Origin: Ruminococcus sp.
GTDB lineage: Bacteria; Bacillota; Clostridia; Oscillospirales; Ruminococcaceae
Reading direction: 5' to 3'
NCBI RefSeq assembly: GCF_016287535.1
Contig: NZ_JAEFAJ010000003.1
Span: forward strand, 1,817 to 65,816
DNA length: 64,000 nucleotides
Of the stretch, positions 58,750 to 64,000 are shown in pieces (position 1 is the stretch's first letter; the number at the start of each line of letters is the position of its first letter). The position numbers and the translations under genes were made by a program. The notes under the pieces are model-generated. The model was not told the origin of the DNA. It saw only the letters and a list, made by a program, of their open reading frames with translations, and made no database searches.

Positions 58750-59489
58750 CAGACACCTCCGAAGCGTCGGTTTCTGCCGGCATAGTCGATAAGCGCCTTG
58801 TCAAGCTCGGCAGGAGTGAAGTCAGGCCAGAGCACGTCAGTGAAGTAGTACTCAGCGTAAGCGCACTGCCATATAAGATAATTTGAAAGTCTCAGCTCAC
58901 CGCTGGGACGTATAAGAAGGTCAACGTCGGGAAGACCTGCGGTATACAGATTATCCGCAACAGCCTGTTCGTTTATGTCCTCAGGGCGTATCTCACCGTT
59001 AACAGCCTTCTGCGCAAGTATCCTTGCGGCATGGGCGATCTCGTCACGTCCGCCGTAGTTTACAGCCATCATGAGGTTCATCTCAGTATAATGAGCCGTA
59101 TCCTCCTCCAAGCGTATCATCTTTTCCTGCAGATCCTCGTCAAAGGCGCTCTTGTCGCCGAGGAATATCATACGGGTATTCTCGCTGAGGAAGTTTCTTA
59201 CGTCAACTATATAATCACGGAAAAGCTCCATGATAGTATTAACTTCATCTGAGGGGCGCTGCCAGTTCTCTGTAGAAAAAGCGTAGAAGCTGATATTTTT
59301 CAGTCCGATGTCCTTGCAGTAACGTACTATCTTCTTGAACTGCTTCGCACCCTCACGGTGTCCGAAGGAACGTGGCAGACCGCGCTTCTTTGCCCATCTG
59401 CCGTTTCCGTCCATGATAAAGCCTACGTGCTCTGGAAGCTTCTCTGGCAGCGTAAGCTCGGTTTTTTCCTTTTTTCCGAATAATGCCAT
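58749..59489 (-). CDS. uppS: undecaprenyl diphosphate synthase
   Basis: IMDGNGRWA, FSTENW, RPSGELRLSN. Confidence 0.96.
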   Translation of the reverse strand: MALFGKKEKTELTLPEKLPEHVGFIMDGNGRWAKKRGLPRSFGHREGAKQFKKIVRYCKDIGLKNISFYAFSTENWQRPSDEVNTIMELFRDYIVDVRNFLSENTRMIFLGDKSAFDEDLQEKMIRLEEDTAHYTEMNLMMAVNYGGRDEIAHAARILAQKAVNGEIRPEDINEQAVADNLYTAGLPDVDLLIRPSGELRLSNYLIWQCAYAEYYFTDVLWPDFTPAELDKALIDYAGRNRRFGGV

Positions 59490-59499
59490 ATTTCACCAA

Positions 59500-60054
59500 T
59501 TATACAGTCATGATCTCTTTTTCTTTGTCTGCGACCATTTTGTCGATATCGTCGCACATCTTGTCTGTGAGATCCTGTACCTTCTTCTCGCAGTCCTTGA
59601 GGTCGTCCTCAGTGATCTCCGAGTTCTTCTTCATAGCCTTGTACTTTTCCATAGTATCGCGTCTTATGGAACGTACTGTCACCTTACACTCCTCACCGTA
59701 CTTCTTAATGTTCTTGCAGAGCTCCTTACGGCGGTCCTCAGTGAGCTGAGGGAATGCGAGTCGGATAACATTTCCGTCGTTTACAGGCTGGATACCGATA
59801 TCAGAAGCCTGTATAGCCTTCTCGATGAGCTTCAGTGTAGACTTGTCCCATGGCTGGATAACAAGGATTCTCGCCTCTGATACTGATACTGCTGCCATCT
59901 GATTAACGGGTGTAGGTGCTCCGTAGTAATCTACCATTACTTTGTCAAGAACACCGGGATTCGCTCTTCCTGCACGGATAGAAGCAAACTCATTTCCGAG
60001 AGCGTTAAGACTTTTGTTCATCTTTTCCTTAGCGAGATTAAGCTGTTCTTTCAT
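59500..60054 (-). CDS. frr: ribosome recycling factor
   Basis: IRAGRANP, YYGAPTP, PQLTEDRR. Confidence 0.97.
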   Translation of the reverse strand: MKEQLNLAKEKMNKSLNALGNEFASIRAGRANPGVLDKVMVDYYGAPTPVNQMAAVSVSEARILVIQPWDKSTLKLIEKAIQASDIGIQPVNDGNVIRLAFPQLTEDRRKELCKNIKKYGEECKVTVRSIRRDTMEKYKAMKKNSEITEDDLKDCEKKVQDLTDKMCDDIDKMVADKEKEIMTV

Positions 60055-60072
60055 AGTGTTTCATTCCTTTCG

Positions 60073-60780
60073 TTATTCACTGACAACAGTACCTATATTT
60101 CCGCCCATTATAGCGTCATAGATATTATCGGGACGGCTGAGATCAAATACCAGCATCTTCATGTGATTGTCACGGCACATTGCGGCAGCTGTGCTGTCCA
60201 TTACGCCGAGATCCTGTCCGATGACCTGTGTGAAAGTGAGTGTATCGTACTTCTTTGCGTCGTCATACTTGTGTGGGTCCTTATCATATACACCGTCGAC
60301 CAGCGTAGCCTTGAGAAGAATATCTGCCTGTATCTCCATTGCACGGAGAGCAGCTGCAGTATCGGTTGAGAAGAACGGATTTCCTGTTCCGCAGCCGAAT
60401 ATAACTATCCTGCCCTTATTGAGATGCCTTACGGCTCTGTTGCGGATATAGGGCTCTGCTATCGCAGCCATCTGAAGAGCTGTCTGTACGCGGACAGTGC
60501 AGCCGAGAGATTCAAGAACATCAGCAAGAGCGAGTGCATTCATTGTTGTGGCAAGCATTCCGATGTGGTCTGCGCGGGTCCTGTCCATAGCACCGCTTGA
60601 ACGGCCTCTCCAGAAGTTTCCGCCGCCGACAACTACCGCTACCTGTGCGCCTGCGTCCGAGCATTTTTTTATGCTTTTGCAGATATCTGTCACAACGTCA
60701 TAGTTGAGACCTGTTTTGTTGTCACCTGCCAGAGCTTCGCCGCTGACCTTTAATAATACTCTTTTATACTTTGGTTCCAT
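60073..60780 (-). CDS. pyrH: UMP kinase
   Basis: [25 protein letters not shown]. Confidence 0.97.
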   Translation of the reverse strand: MEPKYKRVLLKVSGEALAGDNKTGLNYDVVTDICKSIKKCSDAGAQVAVVVGGGNFWRGRSSGAMDRTRADHIGMLATTMNALALADVLESLGCTVRVQTALQMAAIAEPYIRNRAVRHLNKGRIVIFGCGTGNPFFSTDTAAALRAMEIQADILLKATLVDGVYDKDPHKYDDAKKYDTLTFTQVIGQDLGVMDSTAAAMCRDNHMKMLVFDLSRPDNIYDAIMGGNIGTVVSE

Positions 60781-61049
60781 ATAAGCACCTCACAAAAAAA
60801 TTATCCATAGTTTATTTTACACTAATTTCAATGATATGTAAAGTATATTTTCCGAAAATCCCGAAAAAATTTACACGAATTTTGCTTTTTTATCCTGTTT
60901 GTCATTTACCTAATAAATGTCAACACAAGTCATCAGCACATTTAACAAAAATGTTGAAAATTTATTGTAACGGTTCTCCTTTCATTTTTCTTGACATCTC
61001 CTCCCCATCGTGGTATAATATAAAAGCTGATTAATTCGGCAGTAAAAAT

Positions 61050-61138
61050 GGAGAGGTATCGAAGCGGTCATAACGAGGCGGTCTTGAAAACCGTTTGACT
61101 TAACGGTCACGTGGGTTCGAATCCCACCCTCTCCGCCA
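61050..61138 (+). tRNA. tRNA-Ser(TGA)
   Basis: GGAGAGG/CCTCTCC acceptor stem, anticodon TGA, long variable arm, encoded CCA; TTGACA/TATAAT promoter upstream. Confidence 0.96.
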
Positions 61139-61174
61139 ATTTTTTTATCGGTGGGCTTTCTCGCTCGTCGGTTT

Positions 61175-61264
61175 GCGGATTTACCCAAGTGGTGAAGGGG
61201 CTCCCCTGCTAAGGGAGTAGGTCGGGAAACCGGCGCGAGAGTTCAAATCTCTCAATCCGCGCCA
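61175..61264 (+). tRNA. tRNA-Ser(GCT)
   Basis: GCGGATT/AATCCGC acceptor stem, CTCCC-CT-GCT-AA-GGGAG anticodon arm, long variable arm, G-CCA end. Confidence 0.93.
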
Positions 61265-61271
61265 AATAGCT

Positions 61272-61313
61272 AAACACCTCGTAGAATCGGACTTTTCTGC
61301 GAGGTGTTTTTTT
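61272..61313 (+). terminator. terminator after the tRNA pair
   Basis: AAACACCTCG...CGAGGTGTTT plus T-run. Confidence 0.75.
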
Positions 61314-61472
61314 ATCGCTGTTTTTTCGGGTTTACTGTTTTAGAAAATTTTGCTGTATTACAGTACCGGTTACAGCATATCGTATATATCATTAATTTGC
61401 CATTTATCACATAAAACAAGTATAATTATTACCGTCAGCGTGCTATAATTTTTCCACAGGAGGCGAAATGAC

Positions 61473-62426
61473 ATGAAAAAAATAAAGGGTTTCCACAAGG
61501 GCGTGAATTTTGGCGGCTGGCTCTCACAGTGCAGCTACGAAAAGGAGCACCTTGACACCTTCATTACAGAAAACGATTTCAGGATCGCTGCTTCATGGGG
61601 CGTTGACCATGTCCGCGTTCCATTTGACTATAATATAATCGAAAATACAGACGGCTCATTCAGTGAAGAGGGCTTTTCATACCTTGATAATGCGATCAGC
61701 GCTTCCCGGAAGAATGGGCTTAATATTATCCTCGACCTTCATAAGACCGCCGGTTTTTCATTCGACTACTACGCCGAGAATGAAAGCGGTTTCTTCGACA
61801 GCGCCGATTACCAGGAACGGTTCTACAGGCTATGGGAGGAAATTGCACGACGCTACGGCACCATGACGCCGAATGTCGCTTTTGAGCTTCTCAATGAGGT
61901 AACAGACGCCGAATTTATTGATGCGTGGAACAGGATCGCAAAAGAGTGTATTCGCAGAATAAGAAAAATCGCTCCTGATATTCTCATTCTTGTGGGGAGC
62001 TACCATAACAACAGTGCCGATACTGTTCAGTTCCTTGACGAACCATTTGACAGAAACGTCATATATAATATGCACTGCTATGAACCTCTGAAGTTCACCC
62101 ATCAGGGCGCTTACTGGACTACAGCCATCGTCCCTGAGGAACGTATACCTTTCGAGGAAAGCGTTACTTCCTCGGAGTATTTTGAAAAGCTTTTCTCTAC
62201 AGCAATCGCCAAGGCGGAGCAGTTCGGCAGCAGCCTTTACTGCGGCGAATATGGCTGCATAGATGTCGTTACCCCTGTTGATACATTAAAATGGTACAGG
62301 ACCATAAACTCGGTTTTTGAAAAGCACGGCATCGGCAGAGCCGCATGGAACTACAAGGCTATGGACTTCGGTCTGTCTGATACGAGACTTGACAGTGTAC
62401 GCCCGGAACTTCTCAAATTACTGTAA
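61473..62426 (+). CDS. glycoside hydrolase family 5, cellodextrinase/CelC-like, no signal peptide
   Basis: GVNFGGWLSQ, DHVRVP, LDLH, FELLNEV acid/base, CGEYG nucleophile, WNYK. Confidence 0.9.
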   Translation: MKKIKGFHKGVNFGGWLSQCSYEKEHLDTFITENDFRIAASWGVDHVRVPFDYNIIENTDGSFSEEGFSYLDNAISASRKNGLNIILDLHKTAGFSFDYYAENESGFFDSADYQERFYRLWEEIARRYGTMTPNVAFELLNEVTDAEFIDAWNRIAKECIRRIRKIAPDILILVGSYHNNSADTVQFLDEPFDRNVIYNMHCYEPLKFTHQGAYWTTAIVPEERIPFEESVTSSEYFEKLFSTAIAKAEQFGSSLYCGEYGCIDVVTPVDTLKWYRTINSVFEKHGIGRAAWNYKAMDFGLSDTRLDSVRPELLKLL

Positions 62427-62558
62427 AAATAACACTCCGCATAAGCCTTGTACTCATATAATAATTAAGCCCCGAGACAAATCCCGGGGCTTGTTCATTC
62501 TATTGTTCTGCTCACTCAAAAATAATTAATGCAGATACGATCAGCTTTTAACAGTATA

Positions 62559-64000
62559 TCATGTACCGTCATATTCAGGAACATTTACCGGTTCATTGAC
62601 AGTCAGCTCTGTAATATTTACATACTCGTCATCATCGCCATTGCGTTTGATATAATACTTCATCGTCATTCCTGTCCTCAAATCAACATATATCGAAGCT
62701 GTTGCGTCTGCTGTCTTCATTACCACGCGGGCACACTGCCTGCCAAACAGAACAGCTGTATTGTCAATGTTCCATGTTGAAAAATCGCAAAGGCTGCTGT
62801 CCGAGAAAAATCCGGGGATCAGAATATAGTCGAAACTGATCGGTGTATAGCTGTATGGTCCCGGTACATAGGTCAATCCGTTATCGGTCTTATATGCCAC
62901 GACCATATCGTTATCCGGTATATTCGCTTCATACCACAGCATAGCTTCTTCATCAAGCTTATCCGTTTCGGACCTGCCATTGTTAAGATCGGTATATCCG
63001 GTCATATTATTATCTGTGTAAAGCTTGTATCTGTTATTTGTCCGGTTGCCGTCATATCCGTTCTTTTCATCGGAATAAGAGTAATACTTCCTGCCCGGAT
63101 TGTCGATACAGAATTCATAGGTACCAAGATAGCTTTCCGCCTTGCCTTCAGCCGTATCAATATAGAACTTGCTGTTAATCATCATATGATACAAATAGCT
63201 CTTGTTTTCAAGAGTATTGTACTCGCTGAAGTTCCTTGCGTTGAATATCTGCTGACTGTATTTCTCCGTATCTACCTTCCTGAATTTAGGACGCTCATTC
63301 AGGTACTTTTCACGAACTGCATCTACATATGCATTCGCTTCGCTTTCGCTTTCAAACACCTTCAGTTCGTGAAGCTGCAGCTCAGCAAAGTCCTCAGCGT
63401 CTTCTTCCTCAGTTACTGTAGTCGACTCGGTATTATTGTTTTCGCGTTCGATCTCTCTATGCTTCCATTCATCTTCATCAAGAACGGAGTAGTCTGCTAT
63501 TTTCCATGTATTCTGTATCTCCTTAATAAGAAAATCAGCATATACAAGAACTCCGTCTTTCCTCTGATATATTCTATGGCATACGAGGCTGTCTGTTGCT
63601 TCGTCCGTGTAGGAACTGTACATTAAATAGTGTGTGAATTCGCCTTCAAAGCCCGAAGTATCTTCTGAAAATACGGACGACACAAGCTCGTAGTTACTGA
63701 AATTATACCGGTCCGGGAAGATATCGCGTGAAATGCTTTCATTGAATGCACAATCGGAAAGAGCATAAACGCTGTTTTTATAAATTATAAATGTTTTGAG
63801 ATACTTATTTGCCATGCTGTCGTCCTTGAAATTATATCCGTCTTCAACATGGCTGAGATCACCGCCTTCAAAATAATCCCTGATCTTGAACCCAAATGAC
63901 GATTTGAGCAACTGATCCAGTTTTTCATAGGTGTTTATCTTTTCGTCCATTACTCTGTAATAAGACTTAGCCTTATTGATGAAGCTGTCTTTCTCCTGGT
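62559..64000 (-). CDS. hypothetical, probably extracytoplasmic protein (5'-partial)
   Basis: The frame stays open beyond ATG 63950 to the window edge; acidic Tyr/Asn-rich sequence with no motif recognised with confidence. Confidence 0.6.
   Translation of the reverse strand, partial: QEKDSFINKAKSYYRVMDEKINTYEKLDQLLKSSFGFKIRDYFEGGDLSHVEDGYNFKDDSMANKYLKTFIIYKNSVYALSDCAFNESISRDIFPDRYNFSNYELVSSVFSEDTSGFEGEFTHYLMYSSYTDEATDSLVCHRIYQRKDGVLVYADFLIKEIQNTWKIADYSVLDEDEWKHREIERENNNTESTTVTEEEDAEDFAELQLHELKVFESESEANAYVDAVREKYLNERPKFRKVDTEKYSQQIFNARNFSEYNTLENKSYLYHMMINSKFYIDTAEGKAESYLGTYEFCIDNPGRKYYSYSDEKNGYDGNRTNNRYKLYTDNNMTGYTDLNNGRSETDKLDEEAMLWYEANIPDNDMVVAYKTDNGLTYVPGPYSYTPISFDYILIPGFFSDSSLCDFSTWNIDNTAVLFGRQCARVVMKTADATASIYVDLRTGMTMKYYIKRNGDDDEYVNITELTVNEPVNVPEYDGT

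Noticed and set aside
1-64000. CRISPR array, rRNA, retron/DGR reverse transcriptase, IS transposase, intein in PolC
   Set aside because: No repeat-spacer periodicity or diagnostic motifs seen by eye; PolC has normal length and domain order.

Overview
Chromosomal segment of a Firmicute (Clostridia). Gene order, ribosome-binding sites and a signal-peptide-less GH5 point to a Ruminococcus-like Oscillospiraceae member; this is inference. About 39.7-61.3 kb is core genome: the his operon with three non-his inserts, polC, ispG, rnz, rseP, dxr, cdsA, uppS, frr, pyrH and two tRNA-Ser genes. The middle holds a K+ channel/dGTPase/SfsA run, AraC and MATE genes, a metal module (P1B ATPase plus two CobW-type proteins), an ECF sigma/anti-sigma pair, an EF-G paralog, a SpoVB-like flippase, murT-gatD and a ~1920-aa DUF4011 SF1 helicase-nuclease. 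The left end has a redox module (4Fe-4S protein, thioredoxin, antisense Crp/Fnr, CoA-disulfide reductase-rhodanese) and a heavily deleted prophage (~4.0-9.3 kb) next to tRNA-Ser(GGA). Best novelty candidates: (1) an AT-rich cassette inside the prophage remnant encoding a DUF5131-type radical-SAM-like domain fused to a purine phosphoribosyltransferase, downstream of a serine recombinase that lacks its catalytic Arg/Ser; (2) a Spo0A whose receiver lacks the phospho-acceptor Asp and the conserved Lys; (3) a stand-alone C-terminal portion of BREX PglX with its own promoter and no other BREX genes; (4) a probable non-contiguous trx-(crp antisense)-cdr operon. All family calls come from motif recognition by eye; no database searches were run.
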